Below are positions 24,958-37,524 of a stretch of DNA of 64,000 nucleotides, one piece after another. Made by a program: the position numbers and the translations under genes. The stretch spans positions 33,267,844 to 33,331,843 of the forward strand of contig JAHRHZ010000021.1 of the NCBI GenBank assembly GCA_024137785.1, in the 5' to 3' direction. Below the pieces are notes generated by a model. The model searched no databases. It saw nothing but the letters and a program-made list of their open reading frames with translations, and was not told the origin of the DNA. Each line of letters starts with the position of its first letter. The stretch's first letter is position 1. Source of the DNA: Ginglymostoma cirratum. Its lineage: Eukaryota.

Positions 24958-27198
24958 GTAATCTGCAATATTTACTAAAACTTACACTGTAACCAGGTAC
25001 AGGGCATTTTGATTTTCAGAGAAATATTTGGTAGATATCCTTTATAAATTTGAAAACTGTTGATTCAGGTTTACCCATCATACATGAGACTGTGTCTGAG
25101 GATGCAGCAGATTGTATGAAAAATTTAACAGGGGATGCTGGAATGTGCTTTTCGATAAAGAACTTCTTTACTGGGGGAAATCTAGGGGTCCAGTTTAATT
25201 TACAGGAACCTAACATTGTGCCCAAGAGTTCAAAGCAGGGAGGATTTTTACCAAGCTGTAAATATTTATTTACTAAATGCACCGATAATAAGAGCTGCAA
25301 AAGACCAAACTTCATTCTGGTTTAATCTCCATTTTGGTCACCTTCAGCCTTTTTGATATCTATTTAGAAAGCTGTCGTATGCATATAAATTGTTAAATGC
25401 TTAATGTAATGCAACATCATTTTCAAGTTTTAAAATAATTGTGATTGCAATAAAAATGTACAAATAAATGAGATGAATGAATCATACAATCAAAAAGACT
25501 TTGACCCACAGACGATGCAATAGGTTCAGATTTAAACAAACATGAACCTGGCACCCAACTTATATCCTTTTGCAAGACAGAAGACAGACCACTCGAAACA
25601 ACTGAAATAACAAGACCATTGAAATCCCACAACAACGCACTAGATCGATTTTCAGATGGCCCGCAAAAATGGAAGTGAAACTAATTGGATAGCCATTTCA
25701 GAGTTGCCACAGTATTAAAGGCTAAATGAGCTTTTTCTATTGTGTTTGATTATATGAATAGGAGGTTCCAACACATCATTTGACCTTGGAAAAGATACAG
25801 AATTGATCATTAAAGATAACTCCAGGTATTAAGAATTAAACTTATATGGAAAGTCGACAGAAGATAGCCTTGATCTCTTATTTTCCATAAAAAGTTCTTA
25901 AGGTGACATTCCATTTACATGATTGTAAAGGAAGTTTACAAAACTGATGTAGGTAAATTATTCACTGCAGGGTTCAATTATCATGGTTAAACATTGGAAC
26001 ATTGAGTGAGAAGGGAAATCAAGCAAACTCTTCACACAACAATTGTGAACAAGTTGCTAGGAAATGTCACTAAAGCAGACGGTATAAATTGGTAATGAGA
26101 TAATAATGTAAATAGTGTTTTGAGCAGAAAGGAATTTGGGGGATAAGGCAAGGAGGGCAGTAGGTGAAAGTCAATTATAAATAAGACTCATGTGTTAACC
26201 TGACTGGCCTTCCCCTTCGATTTGTTCTGATGGAAGTTTTGGATCCCAGGTTGCACTGGCAGATAGAGATGGCTTCCTTTGTGATAACCCTCTGGAGTCA
26301 TGCATCACATTTTCCATCATTATCAAGAAAACACCATCTAATTGACACTTAAGTATTGTCAGGACTGGCAGAAGCCATTGGAAAAATATAAAAAAACACA
26401 TTGGAAAGAATGCCACTGGTTAGGACTTGATTAATTTGTATTGACCCTTCTTACAGAAGCAATGGAGGTTTGTGCAGCAGCAGGAAACTACTTTCTCCAT
26501 CCTCCCTCCCCAAAACCAGGACCCACAAAAGCATCAGGAAATTCCCTTCTTGACCCCTCAGCACCCCCTCTCCAGGGCATTGCTCACTAGGTCAGCAAGG
26601 GCCTGGACAATGAGGTTACCAATGGGGGAAAGTGGAGATCCTGGGAGTGGCTTGGTCTGCAAAAGGGGGAACAGAAGCTACAAAAGGTGACAAAACTGTT
26701 TCAAACATTTCAACACATGAAGACTCACTTATCGTGGAACAGGAAATCTGTTTGATGCTTTTTGAGCTGGGAAGCGTGTCAGCAGCTGTTTTTTAAAAAA
26801 ATTGCTGTCTCTAACTTATGCCTGTTATCTCGTGCCAATTTGAATACTGTGGTATTTCAGAAATGACTGGCTTACTCATGTGTGGCTTTAAGTTTAATGG
26901 AGTGGTGATGATGATTGGAATACTGGTGAATTCTAATTCTGTTTCTGTGCGAGCCCAAATCCCACCATCTATTGACACAAACACAGAAGGTATTGTTACT
27001 AAATGACTGCATTATCTTATAAAGAAGTTAAGTGAGACAGAAAAAGGAATACTTGAACACCAAATAATTGCCATAACAAAAAAATCAAAAAAGTAGCCTC
27101 TGAGAATCAGCTCTTGAAAATGAAAATAATTTTAAGCAATGATGGAAAATGTTAAAAGGAGCACATGCTTAAATTCCTTCTCTTTTAACCATAAACAG

Positions 27199-27320
27199 GA
27201 AGAGTTTATGATGGGAAAGTCTACACTGGAGTGTGTAATTTCATTGTGCCATGGGAGAGATTGACCCTGTCACAACGCAAGGGTCTTAATCATCGTTACC
27301 AGCACGGTTGTAATTGCAAG
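27199..27320 (+). CDS. TIMP3: TIMP3 coding exon 4 (122 nt)
   Basis: aacAG|GA AGA ... TGC AAG|GTacag. Translates (G)[40 protein letters not shown]; in phase with exon 3. Confidence 0.97.
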
Positions 27321-27719
27321 GTACAGGCATTTTCATGAACACTGCATTTTGCTGCTGAACTACCCATCCAGTATAACATATTGACAGCTGTGTGTCTGCT
27401 AATTGTGCTGGAGAATGGAGTAATGAGAAAGAAATAGTCACTCATATGGTGATAATTGGGAGGAATTAACTCATAAAAGGTGGCTGATTTAAGATGATTG
27501 AAGAATACTTGGGTGACACAAGAAGAACGCAATGTTGTTAACTGCACATTTTCTGATATTAATCCAGTGCCCACATACTGTTTAGCTAAAATGCTTCTGT
27601 GTAATTATTACACTTATTCCACACATGAACATTCAGTGCAAGAGTCTGAAATAAACAGACCTGTAGACAGTGTTCACTCTGAGAAATCTTACATCTCTCC
27701 GTCATTCTTGTCTTTTCAG

Positions 27720-27917
27720 ATCAAACCTTGTTATTACCTGCCATGTTTTGTGACAGCAAAGAATGAGTGCCTGTGGACCGATATGTTGTCTGACCAGGGA
27801 TACATGGGGCACCAAGCTAAGCACTATGTATGCATCCGGCAAAAGGAAGGTTACTGCAGTTGGTACAGAGGTGCAGCACCCCCAGACAAAACCAGGATCA
27901 ATGCCACAGACCCCTGA
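27720..27917 (+). CDS. TIMP3: TIMP3 terminal coding exon 5 (198 nt including TGA)
   Basis: ttttcAG|ATC AAA ... Translates [65 protein letters not shown]. The INATDP end with an N-glycosylation sequon is typical of TIMP3. This is the 3' part of track ORF 27498..27917. Confidence 0.98.
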   Translation: MKPCYYLPCFVTAKNECLWTDMLSDQGYMGHQAKHYVCIRQKEGYCSWYRGAAPPDKTRINATDP

Positions 27918-28878
27918 AAGGGAATGTCCTCTGTAAACGTGCTGGCTAGCAAGGACGGCCATCTTGTATGACACAGCCATGATGTAATGCCTGTCTATTC
28001 CCAGCATTAGCACATCAAACACAGACTTCTAGGCCATTTTCCTGTTTTCTCAGAATTATTCTTAGTTTGTCCAATGCATGGACCATTTGTCTCCATACCA
28101 ATCAATCTTGCTTCAGACATGCTCCTTGCAGCAAAAAAAATATATCAATGAGCTTTAGGTATATTTTACTATCAGTGTCCTGTGCCATATGCAAATGCTA
28201 CTGCCCTTTATAAATGTGGCACACAGGTGGCTCAAAGGTTTCAGACAAAGCTACTTTTTTGATTGTTTTTTTCTATAGAGAAGATGTTCAAATTCCAACT
28301 TTATTTGGTGTTAAAGAGATCACTTATTTGGCATTAGAATGCCTATTTAAAATACATAACCGAACAGTGCTGTGAGGGAAATAAAAACCCTATAATCTGT
28401 CTGGTGTATGTCTGAAAGGCGATTTTCTCTATATGCTAGAAATCATTTGAGTTTTAGAAAAATTGCACTACACCCCGTTTATGACCTGGAGAGTCAGGCT
28501 CGACATCACTAAGCCCTTTTGGAGAGAGACTGACTTGCTGCATTTACGTAACTGACAATAGCTCCACTGTATAAACAGCAGAAAGCCACCTCCAGATTTT
28601 TATTTTCTCTACTGCCAGTGGGATAAAGGAACATCAATACTGTCATTGGCTTGCTTACACTGTGACGAGCAGGCAAAAGGAGAAGATCTGCTCTCCTGCC
28701 AGTGGACCTAAGTACCTTTTAGAGAAAAGTTGCAGTGCCATGCAATAAAAGGTACTAGTTTCCTATTTGTTTTGAAGAAAAGGGTGCAATTGTAGAATCC
28801 TGATGCTGAAACTATTGGCTAAGATTTCAATCCTATATAATAAAATTGTATAAGACTTTATAATGGCATTCTCTTCTC

Positions 28879-28886
28879 ACATTCCA
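28879..28886 (+). promoter_or_regulatory. miR-1/206 8-mer seed match (ACATTCCA); a second 7-mer ACATTCC at 29181-29187
   Basis: Exact seed matches read directly in the putative 3' UTR. Confidence 0.5.
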
Positions 28887-29491
28887 CTTGATACTGGGTA
28901 GAATTTCAGTGGAAAATCTTTGAAGACCTACCACTGCTTCTCCATCCAATTTCTGATGCCCAGCACCTAGTCCACCAGTGCCACCACCTCTTTTCTCCTC
29001 GATGCATTTAATTGCCAACAGGAGAGTGGGGTCCAATGTCCCAAAGAATTTCCTGTCCTTCCACAGAACCTTTCTCGGGTCATCATGTTGTAGAATGCAG
29101 GGTATACCCACCAAGAGAGCAAAGATGTTTGAAAAACAAAATTGACAACCAACCTCCATTGATATGAAATCTTTAATGTAACATTCCCTAACTGCTTCAG
29201 CAGCAAAAGTAAACAAAATAAGGGCTATGATAAATGCAATGTGCAAAATCACAACTTTTAAACTTATTGGAGCTGTTACATAATGATAAAGCCCCTATGC
29301 TCACAAAGAATATTCTGTGCCTGAGACAAAAAGGAGCATCTTTTTCTCATCTGTTGAACATTTCTACTGAACTATTTGTACCACCAGTTAGAAAGTACAG
29401 CAGTACCATCTGATGTGAGTAAACTAGGATGCTAGAACTGTTTTGTGTCGTGCGATATAAATAACTGTCATCTGGCTTTGCAGAACCACCT

Positions 29492-29521
29492 CCCCCCAAA
29501 CCCCACCCCCACCCCCATCCC
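29492..29521 (-). repeat. C-tract cluster (G-quadruplex motif on the - strand)
   Basis: cccccc-aaa-cccc-a-ccccc-a-ccccc-at-ccc: five C runs separated by 1-3 nt loops. Confidence 0.7.
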
Positions 29522-29693
29522 TAACACACCACCACTTTACCACTGATTACTAAATCCCGGACTGCTTCTTATATGTTACATTGGTGACAACACCAATCAA
29601 TGGACATTCTGAAAGAAATCATCTATAAATTTGGAGCATGAATAAAACATGTACCTATATATAACTCTTTTCAAAAATGTATTGATTACTGAC

Positions 29694-29701
29694 ATAAGCT
29701 A
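29694..29701 (+). promoter_or_regulatory. miR-21 8-mer seed match (ATAAGCTA) in the TIMP3 3' UTR
   Basis: Exact 8-mer in AU-rich context. miR-21 repression of TIMP3 is established in mammals. Confidence 0.6.
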
Positions 29702-30178
29702 TATTTTATACAGTACACTTCTGTATGAGTGGGCATTTCATTCTTATGAATATATATAATTGCATTGGAAGTATTGTCATGTGTGGATAATGTGCTTTTC
29801 AAAGCTGGATAAGTAACAGACAGAATATTGGTGGGGAACAAGGTAATTAAAAGCTCTTTTTAAAGATTGTTTCATTTGATTTATCTTTGTAAAATTAGTT
29901 GATTTCCCTGAGTTTGCCTGGTTTATGTAAATATAAGTGCATGTATCTACCTACAGTATAGATAGAGTGGGTTGTTTGCGATTGGTGTTGTGTTTGTGTG
30001 CATCTGTGGGTCTATGAATCTATCTGCCCAATAACAGCATGATTTAATGGCTGAAGGAACTTCGAAAGAGTGAGAAACCAATTAAATGAAATAAACCTTT
30101 CTTGGAGGAATGGACTTATCACGAAATTTACATTGTTTGCAGATTTTTGTGCAGTATTTGTGCACTTCATATTTCATG

Positions 30179-30184
30179 AATAAA
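30179..30184 (+). terminator. Candidate distal polyadenylation signal of TIMP3
   Basis: AATAAA preceded by U/UG-rich sequence and followed by U/GU-rich sequence (cacttttacagtgtcctct). Confidence 0.45.
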
Positions 30185-31898
30185 AAATAACTTTCCAACG
30201 TCACTTTTACAGTGTCCTCTAAACAGTAAAAATACTATTATTTCTATCACAGTAATTCAGTCTCTGCTTCTCTTTTCCTCCTTTATTGACGATTTGTTCA
30301 TTTAGTGAATTACTGTTCTTGAGGGGATGCCACTAAAAGTGAAGAATTACATTATGCATTTTCACTCCTCTCCCCAAAAGAGACTAATATCTCCTTTGGC
30401 ATTAGCAGACCAGGGTTGGAGGAACAAGGGTAATGACAGGGAATCCTGTGAGCATTTCACAAGGTGAAATTGGTCCTAGACCATGATGCTAATTAATCTT
30501 GGAATGTAAGTAGCAGGTTTCCCTAGATACAACATTTAATCTGGACTCTTGTAACTGTTGTGACGGAGGGAAGAGGCCAATCAACCTTTGCCACACTCAC
30601 CACTGGTCTGGCATCATTCTGAACTGCTTGTTTAATTATCTGAATAGGGAATGGGGAATCGGCATGGTGCTAAAATAATGTGATGTGTAAACCAAATATA
30701 AGGATTTGAGCTGTATATGAAGATGAAGCAAAAAAATGGAACCTCTATACATTTATCTGGAATAGTTAAATTATTCTTTCTCATTTATTAAACCTGTACA
30801 GAAAAGAAAAACAAAAATCGGACTAAAGTAGAATAGAAAATAGGAATGAGAATCCTTAAGAACAGCAAGTTCAGGACCAAGTATGTAGGAGCTGCTAGTA
30901 AGGACTTCTGCCTTGGATTAGGAGTGTGGAAGGTATTCTAGGGCATATCTTTCAAAAAGTGATTCAGGAAATTCCTTATCTTCTGGCTTTTGGAATGGTA
31001 GAAGTCCACAGAGCTCTGGATTTCGATACTTCTCTTTCGGTGAATTCCACTGTCCTTCCATGACCCAAAGGTATGCTTTACAATGAGTTTACTAAAGGAC
31101 TGTTCCTATGTGAAATAACTAAGAACCTAAACAGACAAATAGTCTGGGATTAGCCTAAACACAGAAGTGAATTAAGTGATACTGCCTTTGGATAGACAGA
31201 ATGTGAAGTACCATTTTGCCACGGGAAAATACACTCTTATGCTGTAGGGAATTTGATAAATACGGAACCAGAGTTCTGTTCACTGCTCGATGTGAGTTCT
31301 CTGATCTTAGCCAGGGAAGCAGCTGAGGGGCACTCAGATTAGGGAATGGAAAAATAAGCTCTCATCAATTTTCATTGGGTCTTACATGCTTGAGAGCAGG
31401 AAACAACTAGGCTGTAATAGTCCCTGCAGATCTGGAAATTTTTGTCAAATTGTGTCATTTAATCCATGATGAAGAGAAGAAAAAAATGGGGTGTGGTATG
31501 GGGGATTGGAATTGAATGCACTCAGCCTGTTAAATGGGAGCAATACTTTCATAATGGACAAACTAAACTACTGAATCCATCTGAAAACTCTTTGTGATAG
31601 CAACCAGTCAAAGGAAAAGTGAAATTTTATTGGCATTTTACAGTTAAATGCTGAAGTAAACGAAAGATGATCTTGGCTATACTTTGAAGTGACTGAGAAA
31701 AACCTAGATTTAGACTAAATTGAAAGTATGTGGGTTTGAGAGCAGCCACACAGAAAGTCAATCTCTGCTCAGGGTATTCTGAAAGAAAATTAAAGAGAAA
31801 GCTTTGCTAATCTTTCTCTCCATCAGTCATGAAGCACAAACATCGAACAGTCATACCAGCATTAAAAATTCTGAAAAGCTAGTTTGGGTAATACTCAC

Positions 31899-31988
31899 CA
31901 TTTCTCTGTGGTTGGGGAAGAATGTCTGGTCGATGAGTGGGAACTTGGCGGGAGTCAAGGTTTGGGAGATCTTTATCAGCTGTGAAAA
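31899..31988 (-). CDS. SYN3: Synapsin III coding exon (90 nt, C domain); the TIMP3-hosting intron begins after it
   Basis: Minus strand: ttacAG|TTT TCA CAG ... GAA ATG|GTgagt. Translates FSQLIKISQTLTPAKFPLIDQTFFPNHREM, closest to SYN3 (FSQLIKIFHSLGPEKFPLVEQTFFPNHKPM). Confidence 0.95.
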
Positions 31989-33640
31989 CTGTAAGAGAAA
32001 AGCATCTGTAAACAAACTTACTCTAATTTCCATTGCTTCTTCACAGCAGCTTTCATACATCCAGAGCAGAGCATGTCCCCTTTGATTTTCCAATCTTGCT
32101 TAAATGTAGGTACAGTCGTGTGAAGTGTTGGGGCAAGATGCAATAAGAGCTAACCATGGGCTCTAGCCTGGCCATTGATGGAGAAGTGCTAAGTGCAGGA
32201 CAAGGAGAGATGGAACATTGTCTCTTGGTCTCACTTACCCTTGTTGCTGGGGGGAGGGAGAGCTGTCAGCTTCGGGCAACACGTGGGACATTCATTAGTG
32301 AGAATCCTGAAAATAGACTGACTACCTCACAAAGAATTGGAGATAAATAAAACGTGGATGTGTCAGTGTTAGTTCAGGAAACAATCTGCCTCTTTTAGAG
32401 CAATGAGTTTATATAGGAACAGGCCTTATGATTAATACATTATCACGTCAATTAAAAACATCAAAAAGAAATGACATTGCACATGGTAGTGACACAGATT
32501 TGTAATCTGTAGCAGTGAGAGGTTTTCATGGATGTTTTGTAACCTAAGGAAAGGAACAAGATAAAGGCCAGCTGGAAGTCCTCAGCACTAAAGCTCTGTT
32601 GACTAATTTAATAGTACTGATACCTTACCCGGCTTCTCCCAGGAGTCTAGAAGGTCAAAGGGCCCAGGATCTCTCAGCGTTAAAAAGGCTGCTGCGAGAA
32701 GTAAACAAGGGAGAGAGGCCCAGTTTCACATTGACCACAGACAGGCCTCAAAAGTGGTACCACTGGACAATGGACAACCAAGGCAGTGTGCACACATATA
32801 ATTGCAACCTCAACATTGAGTCCGGTATGACTGCTCTTCATAAAAAGGTCATAACTAACTCAAACGCTAACTTTGTTTCTCTCTCCACAGAAACTGCCAG
32901 ACCTTCTGAGCTTTTCTAGCATTCTCTGTGGGTTTGTTTCTGATTTCCAGCATTTTGCTTTTATCCCCAGACTTCAGTTGTCTTCCCCCAGAACTCCATG
33001 GACAGCCCTGTGACTGTTACTGACTGGCATGAGAGTCCTTGGCGTGGGTCCCACACTGCCACAGCACCCAGACTGACCCATGTGTAATTCCTGAACAAGG
33101 TGCATTTGACCTGTGTTGGCCGAGCAACCTGCTGGCACATGCTGAAGGCTCTGGAACTGAGCATGTGCCACATAGCCACATGTTTACCTCTGAGCAGACT
33201 GATACATTTGTAGTACAGTGGGGTTCCGCTGGTCACAATCTGCCTGTCTCTCCCATGGTGCTAAAAATGCAAACTCAGAAACAGAGGGTGACAGATTGTG
33301 ACGCTAGGGCGCTCATGACCCTAGTGCGCTAACAAAATAATACAAGCCACAGAAGGAGTGGCAACCTGTAACTGAGCACTAAATTCAGTGAATACTAACA
33401 GCAAGCTCAGAGCCTAAGATGCCTGTGCCCGTGTCAGCACAAAACATATTGTTTTTCTGCAGGAGATTTGTGGCTGTCCCTGTGTGCAAATTGATCTGGT
33501 AGAAGCTGGCAAGTTGTATGTATTAATCAGTTCAGAGCGAGTATTGAAAGCTTGAACTGTGGACTGTGTTGCTTTCCAAAGCCAAGACACACAGATGAAG
33601 ATTTGAGAGGGATCATGGACATGGAGAATGAACATGGAGA

Positions 33641-33975
33641 GGGTGGCACACTGACTCAGTGGTTAGCATTGCTGCCCCAGAGCTTCAGGGACCCGGGCTC
33701 GATTCCAGCCTTGCGCGACTGTCTGTGTGGGGCTTTTCCCCGTGTCTGCGTGGGTTTGCGTTGGATGCCCTGGTTTCCTCCCACAGTCCAAAGATGCACA
33801 GGTTAGGTGGAATGGCCGTGCTAACCTACCCCATCATGTCTGGGGATGTGCAGGTTAGGGGGATTAACCAATGGAAATGTGAGGTTATAGGGATAGGGTG
33901 TGGGTGGGATACTCTTCAGATGGTCAGTTATGATTTGATGGGCCGAATGGCCTCTATCTGCACTGTAGGGATTGT
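33641..33975 (+). mobile_element. tRNA-derived V-SINE (HE1-like)
   Basis: A/B-box-like head (gactcagtggttagc ... ggctcgattcc), V domain (ccccgtgtctgcgtgggttt ... ggtttcctcccacagtccaaagatg) and CR1-type tail (gggccgaatggcct). Confidence 0.9.
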
Positions 33976-36809
33976 ATAAAGAAAACACAGGGTCATCATT
34001 GTGAGGAAGCAGCTGCGTGTTAGCTGGAACAGGAAATCAGAGAGCTGCCACTGCCAGGTCCTGCTATCACTGAGTCCTTTTCCCATTTGAACATTTACCC
34101 TTTTTTAAGGCAGATTCTGCTGGTTGGTGGAAGTAACATTGGTATTAATCTCCAGACCATGTCTCAATGCCTCCTATTCAATTAATACAACAAGCAAGAA
34201 CAGCCTAGAGGAAAGGCTATTCAAACATCTATCACTGAATCCAGCAATACCTCTTACAGTTACTAGTTTCTTTAGCATTCAGAACACTGACTCCAAAAGC
34301 CACTGTTTCCTTTCCTTTGAAACTCCCTAGAGTTTCCTTATCCTATAACACCAATCATTCTTTAACCTTTAGCATAATCTGGAATAACTTTCCTCCTCAA
34401 TTATTATTCTGCATCTCCTTTGTTTTTTCCCTATACAGGACCTTTAAGTTATCGCAGAGTATCAATACTGAAAACACATTAAAGGCTGGTGCACATTGAA
34501 AGATTGGCTGGTCTCCAGGGGTGCCCCACAGTGGGGAAATAAACAAGTACCTTATCTTAATAAAGAAATTCTATAAATAACTGGATATCGGTGTTCCAGG
34601 AAAATGAAACATTGATAACAAAAATTATAAAAAAATCTGCTTCTATCCTTTCATTATTTCATGATAACACCCATGCATCACAGCAGCCAGCATTTCATAC
34701 TTCAATATTCTGGGTACACTCTCGGGGCGCAAGTTAGAAAACTGGGCATCAGCAAATGCTTTATATCACCACGAGCGCTCATAGTTCCTGCCAAGGAAGC
34801 ATCACAATCTGGGGAATAAAAGTAGGTTATCACTTCTTCCTTTGTTTTGTTCTTAGTGATGAGGCATCGACCTCTGACTAAGGTGCAGCAGCTTCTCATA
34901 TTTGTATTTGTAGGCAGAGTGTCATCTTGGGAATGTAGTTGGCTCAGAACTGAGGGTCCTTGACCATCGTTAACAGTGGTGTAGACACAACGTACACATT
35001 TAGGCTCACATGTTTACACCAGAAATACAGACACACTAAATGCTAATGAAGCAACTGGTGTCTACTCAATCAAAGGCTCTTAGACGCAAGTCCTGGTCAA
35101 CATACTAGAACAGTAAATTGAAAAGAATAAAAGTAAGTGAAAAATAAATGGATTGCTTTGGTTTGTTATTACTTTCTTAAACTTTCCAGTTTGAACTGAG
35201 CAGGATTAAGCAGCTGGCTCAACTAGTGACAAATCCCTCTGTCAGCAGCACTCGTCTTAAAAGCTTTGGACATATAGCGGTTACTTTGAAGTGACTTCAT
35301 TGGAGTCGTAACATAAGCACTGCCTTGGATGCCAGCAGAGAAGTTAAGGGCCTGGTTTATACTACTTATGATATTAGAAAACCTATCCTCTTCTAATTTA
35401 AGTTCAGCTGAGACTGATGGGATGATAGTCTTCCCCATCTGCTGAGTATAAAAGCACCATGTGAAGAGAGTCAGGAACACTGCAACCCATTTGTATGGCT
35501 CCATTCAGCAAAAATAAACTATCAACGATTCTCCACACTGATAGTTTAACACAAAGGAGCTACAACAAAAAGATGGTTTTGGAAATGAAGTATCAAACTG
35601 GACTGAATCAATTCCTAATCCTTGGACCTGTATATGAGCTGAGAAGCAGACAGGCCACACGATAACAGATAGTGATCAAGTGTCTGCTAGGATAAAATCA
35701 GAAAATATTATCGACCAGAAAGAGGTCATTCAGCCAACTCTTTGAACAGACTTTGTTCACCTCCACTCTTTCCCAATTCCTGCAATTGTTTACTTTTTCA
35801 AGTATGCATCGGACTCTGTTTTTGAACATTATTATTGAATCTGCATTAACCAGATGGTAACAACTCACTGTTTAAATCCTGTGTTTGTAAGATTATTGTT
35901 TCAAAAAAACTCTGACTCCAAGTTTGAAGGAAAGGAAAGTGAAATGATACTTCTGATTTTTTTTCTCAGTCCTAATTCCATACCTAACTGGTTGGTAACT
36001 TTCTCAATTTGCTTTTAACTCCCTCTTCCTCTGTCTATTTTGTTCAGTCAGAGATCGCAGAAGCAACTTGCTCCTAGGCCTCTCTCAAACCTATTCACTG
36101 TAATCATCTTGCTAAAAGACACCAGGAGGACAACATGGGAAGCAGCAACCTTACAACTGCTGCTGGGGTTGCATTCGACCTAGGTCAACAGCACCTTTTA
36201 CCTCAGTAGCATCCTGAAATCAGGAAGTGCCAGATGTTCCTCATTTTAAAAGGGAAGGTCATAAGTTGGACGAAAATAGCAATGTGCAACATGAAGAGTC
36301 TGACAGGAAATCTAACAGTGGAGTCCTGCAGTAGGAACACAGAGTGGCTCTTATAACTTATTCAACTCCCGAAGCAAGGATAAACATTGTCTTTTCAAAT
36401 TGAACATATTTAGTTGGGATTCAAACCATCCTTCCCCAGAAAAGCTTTAAGGATCTTAAAGTTAAAAAGTCATTCAGCAGCAACGTGCAAAAATAGCTTT
36501 CTTTAAATTGGGGTTGAGATTGCATTCGGTCAGGCATTTCTAATTAAACTCACTGAAAAGCAATTATAAAGGCCATGTTCTCAAGATCCTGGATGCTGCT
36601 CGTGCATAACTAATCTACTATTGACTTTGAAAATATTGCAGGAATCTGTGGGCGATTAAATTCCATCTCTACATGAAACAATGGGCACAGAGAGACGATC
36701 ACCCCATTTTCCATTTGTTTCTTGCATAAACATAATTAACAGGTTGGAATATAAGTGCTGATGTATCACATTAAGCCATCACAGGTATTTATTCAACATT
36801 TTATTCAAA

Positions 36810-36990
36810 AGAAAATAACTTAAATTTCTATCGCATTATGCACATGCTCAGCAGTTCCCAATGCACTTCACAGACAATGAAACATTTCGAAGTGCAGTTA
36901 CTGTTGTAAAGTAGGGAAAGACAGCAGCCAAATTGCACACAATGTCCTACAAGCAGCAAAAAGATAATTTACTAAATAATCTGTTACAGG
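36810..36990 (-). mobile_element. DeuSINE 3' fragment
   Basis: cccaatgcacttcacagacaatgaa...tttcgaagtgcagttactgttgtaaagtagggaaagacagcagccaaattgcacacaa is the reverse complement of the Deu domain and tail. Confidence 0.7.
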
Positions 36991-37524
36991 CATAGCAGCT
37001 ACTCCTTGATTCTTTTGGTAAGTATTGCCTTGCACATCACATTTAATAAGTCACTCTGCTGAAGTCACTGTTCTAACAACACGGTATCTATACTTGTGCA
37101 TAAAATTTAGAAAGGTCCAATTTTTTAAAAAAATCAAAATGTACAAGTTATTGCAGTTTTGAGCCAAGTTGAAATTCCATAAGTTGAAAAAATATCCCTG
37201 ACATTTTAACTTTCCATCCTCCTGGAATGAATTTCATTTTTATTTCATCTGAATACACTCTCCAAGCTACTGGTTAAAATAATCTTGCTCTTCATTTTAA
37301 AGTATTTAAAATTTCAGAACAAAAGCTGGATTTAACATTAGCAGCTCGGCTGGGCCTTGTACTACCTCCTCTCCAATCCTTGGGTGGGGTCATCCTCAGA
37401 GCTGAGGTTACAGAGATTTGGATAGTGCAAGGGTTAGCATACCAATGTTCCACCTCTGGGATTCAGATATAAAAGTAGGCCAGACTGACAGGATAATAGT
37501 CTCCTTCAAGCCACACTATTCCCT

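Larger units (their letters stand above)
27918..30210 (+). other. TIMP3: Putative long TIMP3 3' UTR
   Basis: Follows the stop codon, is AU-rich and has no recognisable transposon. Several AATAAA hexamers (28380, 28744, 28839, 29641, 30090, 30179). The 3' end is inferred from the distal signal, not observed. Confidence 0.6.

Noticed and set aside
27498-27719. N-terminal 74 codons of track ORF 27498..27917
   Set aside because: Intron 4 read-through. TIMP3 similarity starts exactly at the AG acceptor at 27718-27719.
33641-33715. tRNA-like A/B boxes (also at 57690-57763 and ~60040-60100)
   Set aside because: These are SINE heads continuous with SINE bodies; no complete cloverleaf.
35223-35504. 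93-aa ATG-initiated minus-strand ORF with a hydrophobic N-terminus
   Set aside because: No recognisable homology or motif, and this length is expected by chance in 64 kb; would need expression or conservation evidence.
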